Shown piece after piece: positions 56,537-64,000 of a stretch of DNA of 64,000 nt. This stretch comes from a virus. The stretch's first letter is position 1. Every line of letters starts with the position of its first letter. Below the pieces are notes generated by a model that was not told the origin of the DNA, made no database searches, and saw only the letters and a list, made by a program, of their open reading frames with translations. The position numbers and the translations under genes are program-made. The stretch is taken from positions 2,676-66,675 of the IMG/VR virus record IMGVR_UViG_3300030329_003597. One strand, given 5' to 3'.

Positions 56537-58345
56537 TTAATTGTTAGACGATAAAATAGTTGAAAAATTTATAGATTCTTGTTTATCTGATTGAAAATGA
56601 ATTGATTTGAATAAAGGTTTCTTTCTTATCCAAGATACAAATCCTGTTTGAGACATATTCATTATAAGTTTATGTGGCTCTTCTATAGGTGTAGGATAAC
56701 CACCAGTTTCAGTCTCTCGGACTTTCCTAACATGTAACTCAGTGAGTTTCCGTATGTTATGGTCTGGAGCTTGAACCTTTCGATGAATTGTAAGGAAGCA
56801 ATCTGCTCTGTTTACGAATTTTCCACCACCTTCAGTGTCTTCAGCGTAAGGGGCTACAGGTAATCCATCAGCACCTTTACGTCTTTGAGCTTCAGTAAAT
56901 GCATGCATGTTTAACCATACTGCTACATTGTTAGCTTTTGAAAATGTTAAGAATGAACTAGCAGATTCATAATGATAATCATGGACACCTATATTACTAC
57001 CTTTCATATCTAACTTCAAGCTATTGTAAGGATCTACAAATATCCCATCAACAGGTTGTTGTCTTAGTATTTTTTCCATAAAAAGGATTATATCACTATA
57101 ACTGTATACTTGATTATTACTAATCACAGTAAAATGTTCGTTCACCCATTCATATGCAGATTTTCTTTCATAATAATTCATATCTGATATCTTTTTATCA
57201 GAGGCAAATTGCATTAACTGCATTTTAATTGAGGCGGTTCTATTTTCAGAAGAATATAGAATCCATTTCCAGCTATGCCTGATAACTGAATTAACTATTA
57301 AATACAAAGCGGTTGTAGTTTTACCTACATTGCTATGACCATTCATAATAACGAATTCCTTCTTGTATCTGAAGTATTCGTCAAGACTCGAATCTCCTGT
57401 GTCTAATCCTATTTCTATTTTACCTTGAGAGAAATCATCAATCCACCTGAAGTCTTCATCATCAGAAGATATAAAAGACATATCTCCGTCGTTAATTAAT
57501 AAATCTCTTTCTGCTGAGTTTTCGTTATCTATTAACGCTTTAATAGGCATTTGTTTACCTTTTTCAATTCCGTCAAGAATTGTAATCTTAGCATGATCAA
57601 TAGAATCAAGATCTCTTTTCTCTATTTCTCTAATAAGGATTCTTATAACTTCATCTTCCTCCATACGTCCAGCAGATATGTATCCACCGCATAATATAGA
57701 AGCCTTATTTAGAGTGATCCATTTCTCTCCATCTTCAGCATTACGTATCATACGTGCAGCTAAGTTTAGCTTCATATAATCCGTGTAAGAATATGATTCG
57801 TTTTCAGGTGTCTGTTTTTCTGCGAATTCTGTAGTGAAAGCACCAAACTTATCGTAAGAATCTTTGATTATTATGTCGGGATCATGAGATTCAAAGCAAG
57901 CCCTTGACTCATTTATTCCAGACTCATCTACTTCAAGACAGTATTGTTTTTGAAAATAGTTACATAACGCTCTAAAATGATCCCTATGTCTTTCGGGATT
58001 TGTAATCTTTACTAAGGCTTTTATCCCATCACCTGAAGGTGATACCCAGCAAGAATATATATACTGATCTGTAGCTAAAGCTTTCTTTACCTCTTTTACA
58101 TTAACGTGGTCGAAATCTAAAACTATAAAACCTGAATGTTCAAATAAAGCATCATCGTTTCTAGACGAAAACTCCCCACTGAAACAAACAATGGGGAGCT
58201 CTTTCTTTTTAGACTTATCTCCTGATCTAATCCTCTTGATAAGAGACTTTGACTTGCCCTCCTGTATGCGTTGAAGTGCAGTCGGCATCATTATATGATG
58301 AGGACTTTTTATTTCTTTTATACTTTTGAAAATTGTTACTTTCAT
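56537..58345 (-). CDS. primase-helicase fusion (VirE-N/BT4734-like primase domain plus DnaB-like helicase)
   Basis: LDFDH, SPSGDGIK, SRACFES; P-loop GHSNVGKT; FVDPYN; KVRETETGG. Confidence 0.85.
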   Translation of the reverse strand: MKVTIFKSIKEIKSPHHIMMPTALQRIQEGKSKSLIKRIRSGDKSKKKELPIVCFSGEFSSRNDDALFEHSGFIVLDFDHVNVKEVKKALATDQYIYSCWVSPSGDGIKALVKITNPERHRDHFRALCNYFQKQYCLEVDESGINESRACFESHDPDIIIKDSYDKFGAFTTEFAEKQTPENESYSYTDYMKLNLAARMIRNAEDGEKWITLNKASILCGGYISAGRMEEDEVIRILIREIEKRDLDSIDHAKITILDGIEKGKQMPIKALIDNENSAERDLLINDGDMSFISSDDEDFRWIDDFSQGKIEIGLDTGDSSLDEYFRYKKEFVIMNGHSNVGKTTTALYLIVNSVIRHSWKWILYSSENRTASIKMQLMQFASDKKISDMNYYERKSAYEWVNEHFTVISNNQVYSYSDIILFMEKILRQQPVDGIFVDPYNSLKLDMKGSNIGVHDYHYESASSFLTFSKANNVAVWLNMHAFTEAQRRKGADGLPVAPYAEDTEGGGKFVNRADCFLTIHRKVQAPDHNIRKLTELHVRKVRETETGGYPTPIEEPHKLIMNMSQTGFVSWIRKKPLFKSIHFQSDKQESINFSTILSSNN

Positions 58346-58598
58346 TGTCTAATGCAATCATTAAGAGTATTAAGTAGCCAGCTAGATCCATAACTGAATC
58401 CTCTGTATCACCATGAACACCCTTATATTTAATTCTATTTAATTTATCGTCAATTCTAGATTTTATAGCTTCCATCGGGTCTAATCTAGAAAATATACCG
58501 CCAGGAGTTAATGCGCTATCTCCATATGATTTATTTTTAGACAAAAGAAGTTTTTTTAATTCTTCGCATTTATCTATTATAAGTTCTCTTGTGTTCAT
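58227..58598 (-). CDS. DUF1599/Nmad1-like nucleotide-modification-associated protein
   Basis: KNKSYGDS...RIDDKLNRI...DSVMDLAGYLIL. Confidence 0.75.
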   Translation of the reverse strand: MNTRELIIDKCEELKKLLLSKNKSYGDSALTPGGIFSRLDPMEAIKSRIDDKLNRIKYKGVHGDTEDSVMDLAGYLILLMIALDNESNNFQKYKRNKKSSSYNDADCTSTHTGGQVKVSYQED

Positions 58599-58830
58599 CT
58601 AATGTTATTTGTGATCGTGATAACTCCACACTATCTAATATCTCACGTATGATAATATCCTTATTTTTAGCTTTAGGAGTGAAATATTTATCACGTAGTC
58701 GAGATATTACTTTAGTATCATAACGCATGATATCAGATGGTGTGTCGTATATAGTGACTATCCACTCCTTACGCTCGTGTACTACATTCCGTTTCTTGAA
58801 TGCGACACGAACATAAGAGTGTTTTATCAT
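58570..58830 (-). CDS. hypothetical basic protein
   Basis: Likely start MIKHSY at 58830, which avoids overlap with SSB. Confidence 0.65.
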   Translation of the reverse strand: MIKHSYVRVAFKKRNVVHERKEWIVTIYDTPSDIMRYDTKVISRLRDKYFTPKAKNKDIIIREILDSVELSRSQITLDEHKRTYNR

Positions 58831-58837
58831 GGGTTTA

Positions 58838-59140
58838 TCAGAACGGCATGTCATTAGACACAGCCTCTGCTTTTGCCTCTCTAGCCGCTCTATCCTCTTT
58901 AGCTTTTTCGCTGTTCGGATCGAACACGGTAGTGTATGGCTTACCATTTTTAGAGATAGCTGTTCTACAAAAAACATTTCCACCATCTCCATTTTCCTGG
59001 ACAGGTGTAGCGTATTTGTCAATCATCTCCTGAAGCTCAGTAACTTTGTACTTTACTGTAACTCCTGCGAACTTGCCATCATAAAAACGTGGCTCTTCTG
59101 TGTACCCTACGAGTACTGAATCATACTTTGTATCACTCAT
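58838..59140 (-). CDS. putative single-stranded DNA-binding protein
   Basis: 100 aa; acidic-aromatic tail NDMPF; replication context. Confidence 0.7.
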   Translation of the reverse strand: MSDTKYDSVLVGYTEEPRFYDGKFAGVTVKYKVTELQEMIDKYATPVQENGDGGNVFCRTAISKNGKPYTTVFDPNSEKAKEDRAAREAKAEAVSNDMPF

Positions 59141-59192
59141 GTTAAAATAATTTATAAATTATATTGAAAGCAAACGATTTGCTTTTACAACC

Positions 59193-59975
59193 TTATACTT
59201 CGAAAACTGCATAATGCGTTTCCGTTTTATGCCCATTAGCTAACCACTCTTTTATATTAGTGAGCGCTTCATGGAACTTCATTTCACCCCTGAGCATTGT
59301 TTCGTCAGTGCACTTAACTAGTGCTGGGTAATATGGGTATGCTTTTTCTTGCACCACCCAATAATAATCTTCTATACCAAAAACTTTTGTATATATGTAT
59401 GCTTGTATATCATAAGACCAACTATTGACATCGTACTTGAATTTATTTACACTACGTGCACTCTTGCTGTCCGTAATAAATCCGTCACCTAGGCAATCAA
59501 GAAATCCTTTAACAGGTACGCCGTCTATATCTTCATTAAATTCAACCTGATATTGACCATTTAGGTATGTATCTAATAATCCACATGTATCTAACCTTTC
59601 GATCATATCATTAGCTTGCTGCCAATCCTCTTCAGAACAAACTTCTTTACCTTCTGCGGTGATTTGTTCAACCATGTCAGCTTTTATAGCTTTATATTCA
59701 GAAGTCATAGCAGGTTTTTTAGAGTTAATAGTTTTTTCGCTACAATTACTAAGTATCGTATCAGAGTTTAGAACTACGTATGTCTCTATGGCTTTATCTC
59801 TTTCGAAAAGCAGCATATCGTAGAGTGTGCCAAACGTCAAAGCATCGGACTGTTTCTTTAACTGCCCTCTCATATACATCTCCCAGAGACGCATATCTCC
59901 AAGAGCATACTTAATAGACGAGTACGAAAGATGTCCTTTACCTACACTGTCTGTAAGTTGTTGTCTTAAATTCAT
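59193..59975 (-). CDS. RecE/exonuclease VIII-like PD-(D/E)xK nuclease (DUF3799-like)
   Basis: LSYSSIK, FGTLYD, KGFLDC...DSKS, YDIQAYIY, VVQEK. Confidence 0.82.
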   Translation of the reverse strand: MNLRQQLTDSVGKGHLSYSSIKYALGDMRLWEMYMRGQLKKQSDALTFGTLYDMLLFERDKAIETYVVLNSDTILSNCSEKTINSKKPAMTSEYKAIKADMVEQITAEGKEVCSEEDWQQANDMIERLDTCGLLDTYLNGQYQVEFNEDIDGVPVKGFLDCLGDGFITDSKSARSVNKFKYDVNSWSYDIQAYIYTKVFGIEDYYWVVQEKAYPYYPALVKCTDETMLRGEMKFHEALTNIKEWLANGHKTETHYAVFEV

Positions 59976-60229
59976 TTTTTAATTAGTGTATGCCCGATTG
60001 AATGTATCATTTTATCTATACGATCCATCTCAGTCTTAGTTGTTTCTATTTTACTATCATTACGTACATCATCCCATTCAGTTGACATAAACGAAACTAG
60101 GGGTAATATCTCCAAAGCTTCACAATACATATGGTTTTTAAGAAATATATCATATTTACGAGACAACTCTGAACGAGTTATTGTACCCTCGTTCAATTCC
60201 TCTACCCATGCTTTAGTATTTCTATACAT
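59972..60229 (-). CDS. hypothetical protein
   Basis: 85 aa; coupled. Confidence 0.7.
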   Translation of the reverse strand: MYRNTKAWVEELNEGTITRSELSRKYDIFLKNHMYCEALEILPLVSFMSTEWDDVRNDSKIETTKTEMDRIDKMIHSIGHTLIKK

Positions 60230-60759
60230 TAAACGAACTTCTTTAATCCCTCCTTCTGCCTATCTGTTAGATCATCACCATACTTAGACAATACATTATC
60301 GTATGCCTTCTTTTTATCAGTAGCTGATTTGATGTAACCAACAGCGCTATCCATGATATTTACTTTAGCTTTACTTTTAGGTGAAGCCTTAGCCATGTTG
60401 TCTTGTTGGTGTATAGCATCTGCAACCTCACCTGCAGAAGCCATAGAATCGTCTACACCAATACCCATTATAGCAAGTGCTCTACCTACGGCTGAAGTTT
60501 CGCAATTCTCTATGTAAGATGTTTTGTTGATGTTTCCGTTAGCCTGAACTTCATGCGCATGACCTGTAGCTACAACTCTCTGCGCTTGATCCGCAATTGT
60601 TGCTTTGCATACGCAATGCTCCGAATCTAACACTGGAAATTCTGTTGCGATTGTCCAGTTCTCGTACTTTTTTTCTTGGCGGAAGTACTTAACACGCTCC
60701 TTCACCTCGACATATTGTTTGCCTCGGATGTTTACTGTTTTGAACTTGTATGTTCCCAT
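60229..60759 (-). CDS. putative single-strand annealing protein (Rad52/Sak-like)
   Basis: GKQYVEVKER...ATGHAHE...ENCETSAVGRAL; next to the exonuclease and SSB. Confidence 0.65.
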   Translation of the reverse strand: MGTYKFKTVNIRGKQYVEVKERVKYFRQEKKYENWTIATEFPVLDSEHCVCKATIADQAQRVVATGHAHEVQANGNINKTSYIENCETSAVGRALAIMGIGVDDSMASAGEVADAIHQQDNMAKASPKSKAKVNIMDSAVGYIKSATDKKKAYDNVLSKYGDDLTDRQKEGLKKFV

Positions 60760-60779
60760 AATAAATTAAATTTTGTGTG

Positions 60780-60809
60780 TAAAATTACGAATAATATGTT
60801 AATAATCAA
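60780..60809 (-). promoter_or_regulatory. Bacteroidota-type promoter, TTG-N19-TAATTTTA
   Basis: Near-consensus boxes with canonical spacing upstream of the recombination operon. Confidence 0.5.
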
Positions 60810-61251
60810 CTCTTTCTTGAATACTTTTTTTCCTATCTCTTAATATATTTATCTGTCTATCAATGAATTGCACCTGCATAGCTCTTGACTTTACCCAACC
60901 CTCTGTAACCATCTTAATGCCCACAGTTTCAGTCATTTCGTAAAGTGACTTAAAGACTTTGTTTAACTCCAAATCATTTTTTGCTTTATCGTGCATGCCT
61001 TTGATCTGCCACTTTGTATAGTCGTTAAAATATTCTGCTATTGCAGTATTAGTTTGTTTCCCATATCTATACATATGCTCATTACAAAACAATATGTAAA
61101 CCATATATGACATTTTTTTATATTTAGAGTATTGACTTTCTTCACGCATTTCAAATGGTCGCTTTAGAAAAATGCTCATAAGAGCATTAACTTCTCTTTC
61201 TAAATCTCTAAAATCTCGTATTGCTTTATCAGTAAGTATTTCTTTCTTCAT
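60799..61251 (-). CDS. hypothetical helical protein, possible HTH
   Basis: 150 aa; TNTAIAEYFN. Confidence 0.65.
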   Translation of the reverse strand: MKKEILTDKAIRDFRDLEREVNALMSIFLKRPFEMREESQYSKYKKMSYMVYILFCNEHMYRYGKQTNTAIAEYFNDYTKWQIKGMHDKAKNDLELNKVFKSLYEMTETVGIKMVTEGWVKSRAMQVQFIDRQINILRDRKKSIQERVDY

Positions 61252-61621
61252 CGTATTGTATTTTAATAAATTCGTGTATTCTGTGGTATCTATGTAGTAC
61301 TCGAAACATTTTTATAGACGAAAGTGCAAGTTTTTTAGATTCTTCTAATGTATTTACTCTTTCGTTTTGATCTACACCTAAGACTTCATCTATAAGGTAT
61401 TCACCTACTTGTTGAGATTCTATTTCATCAACTAATTCTCCTACAGAATCTTCAGCCATTTCTAAAAAAATTTTAGCTATACCTATAGGTGTCCATCTCA
61501 ACCAGTTCTTAAGACCATAATTTTCTATATCGTGTACACATAGATCTACAGCGCAGTCAGACATAGGATCGTCTTTTAATCTCATGGATCTCACCCATGC
61601 TAAGGCTTGTTTCTCTGTCAT
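61229..61621 (-). CDS. hypothetical protein
   Basis: 130 aa. Confidence 0.7.
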   Translation of the reverse strand: MTEKQALAWVRSMRLKDDPMSDCAVDLCVHDIENYGLKNWLRWTPIGIAKIFLEMAEDSVGELVDEIESQQVGEYLIDEVLGVDQNERVNTLEESKKLALSSIKMFRVLHRYHRIHEFIKIQYDEERNTY

Positions 61622-61812
61622 TAGAATCCAAAGTTTTTACATGTGTCGTATACGCTTGACATTCTGTTTACTAGCTTGTGGTTGGTTACGCTAGAGTCCC
61701 ACCTAGCAGCCTCATATTCTTTTACAAATAGTTTGACAAGATGCATAGCATCCACGTGCTTGGGTGTTAGTTGCATGGTTGGTGGTATTAAAAATTCTGT
61801 TGTGTTACTCAT
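61621..61812 (-). CDS. hypothetical protein
   Basis: 63 aa; coupled. Confidence 0.65.
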   Translation of the reverse strand: MSNTTEFLIPPTMQLTPKHVDAMHLVKLFVKEYEAARWDSSVTNHKLVNRMSSVYDTCKNFGF

Positions 61813-61885
61813 CTTTATTGCATTGATAGGTTAGATAAAAAGCACCGATTATATAGAATAGTGCTATGGGAATTAGTATATTCAT
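61805..61885 (-). CDS. small membrane peptide, 26 aa (MNILIPIALFYIIGAFYLTYQCNKDE)
   Basis: Hydrophobic 3' part of the tracked 61805..61987 ORF, with its own AT-rich leader. Confidence 0.5.
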   Translation of the reverse strand: MNILIPIALFYIIGAFYLTYQCNKDE

Positions 61886-61900
61886 GTTAATTAAATTAGT

Positions 61901-61995
61901 GTGAGTGAGGGGAATCGAACCCCTCTGCATAACCAAATAAAAAGCAGTTAATCGGGTAGGGACATCACCCCCTAGCGGATTATCCAAACACTCAC
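61901..61995 (-). ncRNA. tRNA-like RNA, non-canonical
   Basis: 7-bp acceptor stem GTGAGTG/CACTCAC and T-arm AGGGG-TTCGATT-CCCCT; D and anticodon arms atypical. Confidence 0.65.
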
Positions 61996-62000
61996 TATGT

Positions 62001-62609
62001 TTAATGCATAATCAATCCAACCTTGTTTGAACGATTAAACCATTTTGTTGCCATAACATCAGAATCCATAGCACAAACATAACCTGCACTATTCAAGGAC
62101 TCTATGTCGTTAAATATCTTACAATGCCTATCCTTAGAATAATCAATTAGATCATCACGAGTACCCCCTTCACTATATATGATGTCAAAATTGCTCGGCA
62201 TATCTTGATCAAGGAATAGAGGGATAGACTTTGTGTACGAATAGAACTTAACATCAGGTAAAGCCTTAGCTATAGCCACCCATTTGTTTATGTATTTTTT
62301 AGAGTAGTAATCCCCTGAATCGTGAACCCTAAGCATATCAACATTTTTCTTTTTAATCTCTGCTATCATTTTATCTACAAATGAATCGCATTTTGTCGCT
62401 AAGTATCTGTGTTGAAATGCAGGTGATACGTTACTCCAAATATACGCACCTTTTTGAGCATAACAATATTTTGCACAAGACCCAGCAAAAGGGCAAGTTC
62501 TTTTACCTTCCGAATCTTCAAAGGCAGGTATTCCAAAATTAAATACTCTTTGCCCAATAATCTTGCTAGTCTTTTTCAGCTTAGTATTTTGTGTTATTAA
62601 ATGTGGCAT
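62001..62609 (-). CDS. GP88-family protein (Cys-triad, radical-SAM-like)
   Basis: TCPFAGSCAKYCYA, RVHDSGDYY, FYSYTKS. Confidence 0.8.
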   Translation of the reverse strand: MPHLITQNTKLKKTSKIIGQRVFNFGIPAFEDSEGKRTCPFAGSCAKYCYAQKGAYIWSNVSPAFQHRYLATKCDSFVDKMIAEIKKKNVDMLRVHDSGDYYSKKYINKWVAIAKALPDVKFYSYTKSIPLFLDQDMPSNFDIIYSEGGTRDDLIDYSKDRHCKIFNDIESLNSAGYVCAMDSDVMATKWFNRSNKVGLIMH

Positions 62610-62617
62610 TGATTTTT

Positions 62618-62677
62618 CCTTTAGATGTAGTGTATTATATATAATTCATACTGAATTATTATATATAATACTACTAC
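62618..62677. repeat. long AT-rich inverted repeat, copy 3, inverted relative to copies 1 and 2
   Basis: GTATTATATATA.../...TATATATAATAC, inner ATAATTCA-TAC-TGAATTAT; flank TCTAAAGG on the minus strand matches the copy 1 flank. Confidence 0.8.
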
Positions 62678-62811
62678 AATTCCCAATCTTTATCTTCGTT
62701 CATGTCATTCCAGTACCCCCCAGCACAATCCTTAGAGCAAAATTGCCCTTCTTTCTCCACCCTGTATTCATCACAATAAGCGCATAGGTGTATTTCTTCT
62801 TCATTCTCCAT
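62674..62811 (-). CDS. small zinc-finger protein, 45 aa (CAYC...FCSKDC)
   Basis: Hand-translated. Confidence 0.7.
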   Translation of the reverse strand: MENEEEIHLCAYCDEYRVEKEGQFCSKDCAGGYWNDMNEDKDWEL

Positions 62812-62971
62812 GATATTCTAACTTAAAATTGTAATAATTAGCTGACGCTTTTAATAATATATCTACGTAATGTCTAGGATCTTGTCGCAAATCTTCTGCG
62901 AATCCATGAACGTGAAAATACATTATAGCATCTTGCACTTCTTCTTTTGTAACTTTATTTGGTTTGCTCAT
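62801..62971 (-). CDS. small hypothetical protein, 56 aa (MSKPNKVTKEEVQDAI...)
   Basis: Hand-translated; overlaps neighbours slightly. Confidence 0.65.
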   Translation of the reverse strand: MSKPNKVTKEEVQDAIMYFHVHGFAEDLRQDPRHYVDILLKASANYYNFKLEYHGE

Positions 62972-63131
62972 CTTTATTTTCTTTTAATTCATCTAATTCT
63001 TTTTTGTATTGACCTGCGAGCACTTCCCATGCAAGGGCTTTACTCAGCAATTCTCTCTTGCTATGTTGTTTTAACACAATCTTAATTTGTTCTTTTGGTA
63101 GAAGGTCTAATGGGTTAAATTCTTTTTTCAT
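62955..63131 (-). CDS. small hypothetical protein, 58 aa (MKKEFNPLDLLPKE...)
   Basis: Hand-translated. Confidence 0.65.
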   Translation of the reverse strand: MKKEFNPLDLLPKEQIKIVLKQHSKRELLSKALAWEVLAGQYKKELDELKENKDEQTK

Positions 63132-63393
63132 TGTTATACTCTTTAATAAATTCTACGACTGCATCGTACACTCCTGACATATTGCATACCAATAGTTGGC
63201 GCTTGAGTGTATCAGTCATTGGTTCTCCGTATTCCACTCTCTCTAAGCACGATTCAACTACGGGCATCAACCAATCCCATGACTTATCGAATTGCATAGG
63301 TGCAATCGTGCCATCGTTGTACTTAGGTGAGTAGCATTTACCATGCTTCACTTCGCACCCCATAAATTCTGCTATTAGTTTATTGTCCGTCAT
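63115..63393 (-). CDS. NKLIAEFMG/WDWLMPV family protein, paralog A
   Basis: 92 aa; shares conserved blocks with the adjacent gene. Confidence 0.8.
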   Translation of the reverse strand: MTDNKLIAEFMGCEVKHGKCYSPKYNDGTIAPMQFDKSWDWLMPVVESCLERVEYGEPMTDTLKRQLLVCNMSGVYDAVVEFIKEYNNEKRI

Positions 63394-63670
63394 AATAAGT
63401 TACTTTATTGTAATCGGTGGTACGATTATATTCTTTAATAAATTCTACTACTCTGTCGTACACTACCTCAATGTTACACGTTAGTAATGCATCGTTAATA
63501 AAGTAATGTTGTCCATCGCTCGGCTCATCTGTCGTTAAGCATTTCTCTGCTACGGGCATCAACCAATCCCATGATGTATGGTATTGTAGTTCTTTATTAT
63601 TCTCTAGGTATGTGTCAATATCTACATAATCAACACCCATAAATTCTGCTATTAGTTTATTGTCTTTCAT
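63380..63670 (-). CDS. NKLIAEFMG/WDWLMPV family protein, paralog B
   Basis: 96 aa; same conserved blocks. Confidence 0.8.
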   Translation of the reverse strand: MKDNKLIAEFMGVDYVDIDTYLENNKELQYHTSWDWLMPVAEKCLTTDEPSDGQHYFINDALLTCNIEVVYDRVVEFIKEYNRTTDYNKVTYYDGQ

Positions 63671-63834
63671 TTCGTATGTGATTTAATTGCGTCAATAAGC
63701 ATTTCTCTTGCGTGTGTCGGATCTGATATCACCGCACGTACTAGCCATTCGAATTCACTGATGAATGTTTCAGTGTCGCATTCATAGAAGTTATCTATGT
63801 ATTGTTCCATTTGTTTTTGTGTCGTGTAACTCAT
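63667..63834 (-). CDS. small hypothetical protein, 55 aa (MSYTTQKQMEQYIDNF...)
   Basis: Hand-translated; ATGA overlaps. Confidence 0.65.
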   Translation of the reverse strand: MSYTTQKQMEQYIDNFYECDTETFISEFEWLVRAVISDPTHAREMLIDAIKSHTK

Positions 63835-64000
63835 TTTGTTTTGGTTTTAGTGTTTATAGTGTCCCTCAATATTTCTTCTAGGTATTGGTTTTTTAACTCT
63901 AGTTTTTCAATAACAGCTTTTAGTTCTGCCACCTCTTGCTGTGTCTTTCCTAGCCCTAACTCGTGGTAAAAATCATACCCACACTCTTGTATTATCTCGT
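63831..64000 (-). CDS. 3' end of a coiled-coil protein starting outside the window
   Basis: Open frame ...QQEVAELKAVIEKLELKNQYLEE... to a TGA overlapping the next ATG. Confidence 0.55.
   Translation of the reverse strand, partial: EIIQECGYDFYHELGLGKTQQEVAELKAVIEKLELKNQYLEEILRDTINTKTKTK

Noticed and set aside
58831-59119. Extended 58570..59022 ORF and two plus-strand ORFs
   Set aside because: Shadow frames over the SSB gene; the ATG at 58830 is a better start
61805-61987. 60-aa ORF as given in the track
   Set aside because: Its 5' half overlaps the tRNA-like structure; only the 26-aa peptide from 61885 is plausible
1-64000. CRISPR array, diversity-generating retroelement, integrase or transposase
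   Set aside because: No regularly spaced repeats, reverse transcriptase, or recombinase/transposase motifs seen
1-64000. Stop-codon reassignment as in some crAss-like phages
   Set aside because: Genes are long and densely packed under the standard code, and TAG, TGA and TAA all serve as stops

Overview
This window is most of the genome of an AT-rich tailed dsDNA phage with podovirus architecture and a crAss-like structural module. The host is inferred to be a Bacteroidota (Flavobacteriia) member, from TAnnTTTG promoters, a Bacteroidota-type primary sigma factor and a T9SS cargo gene. Layout: minus-strand early genes (1-3457); a non-coding divergence region that probably holds the genome end (about 3460-4160); a plus-strand late arm (4172-54038); and a minus-strand replication/recombination arm (54030-64000). 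The late arm carries putative capsid cargo proteins, GroES-like, terminase, portal, fibres, scaffold, major capsid, ring and muzzle proteins, ejection proteins, a holin and an envelope module. The replication arm carries sigma70, an endonuclease, primase-helicase, SSB, a RecE-like nuclease and an annealing protein. Most notable observations: (1) a complete type I hammerhead ribozyme inside an early cassette bounded by covarying hairpins and holding two paralogous basic proteins; (2) a phage-encoded T9SS cargo, beta-barrel and redox-dead thioredoxin module; (3) shared peptide tags across putative cargo proteins; (4) an A10 slippery site with an open -1 frame in the largest ejection gene; (5) near-leaderless late promoters with only a -7 box; (6) a tRNA-like RNA; (7) no GATC in the first 3.9 kb. 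All protein calls come from motif recognition by eye; no database searches were run.
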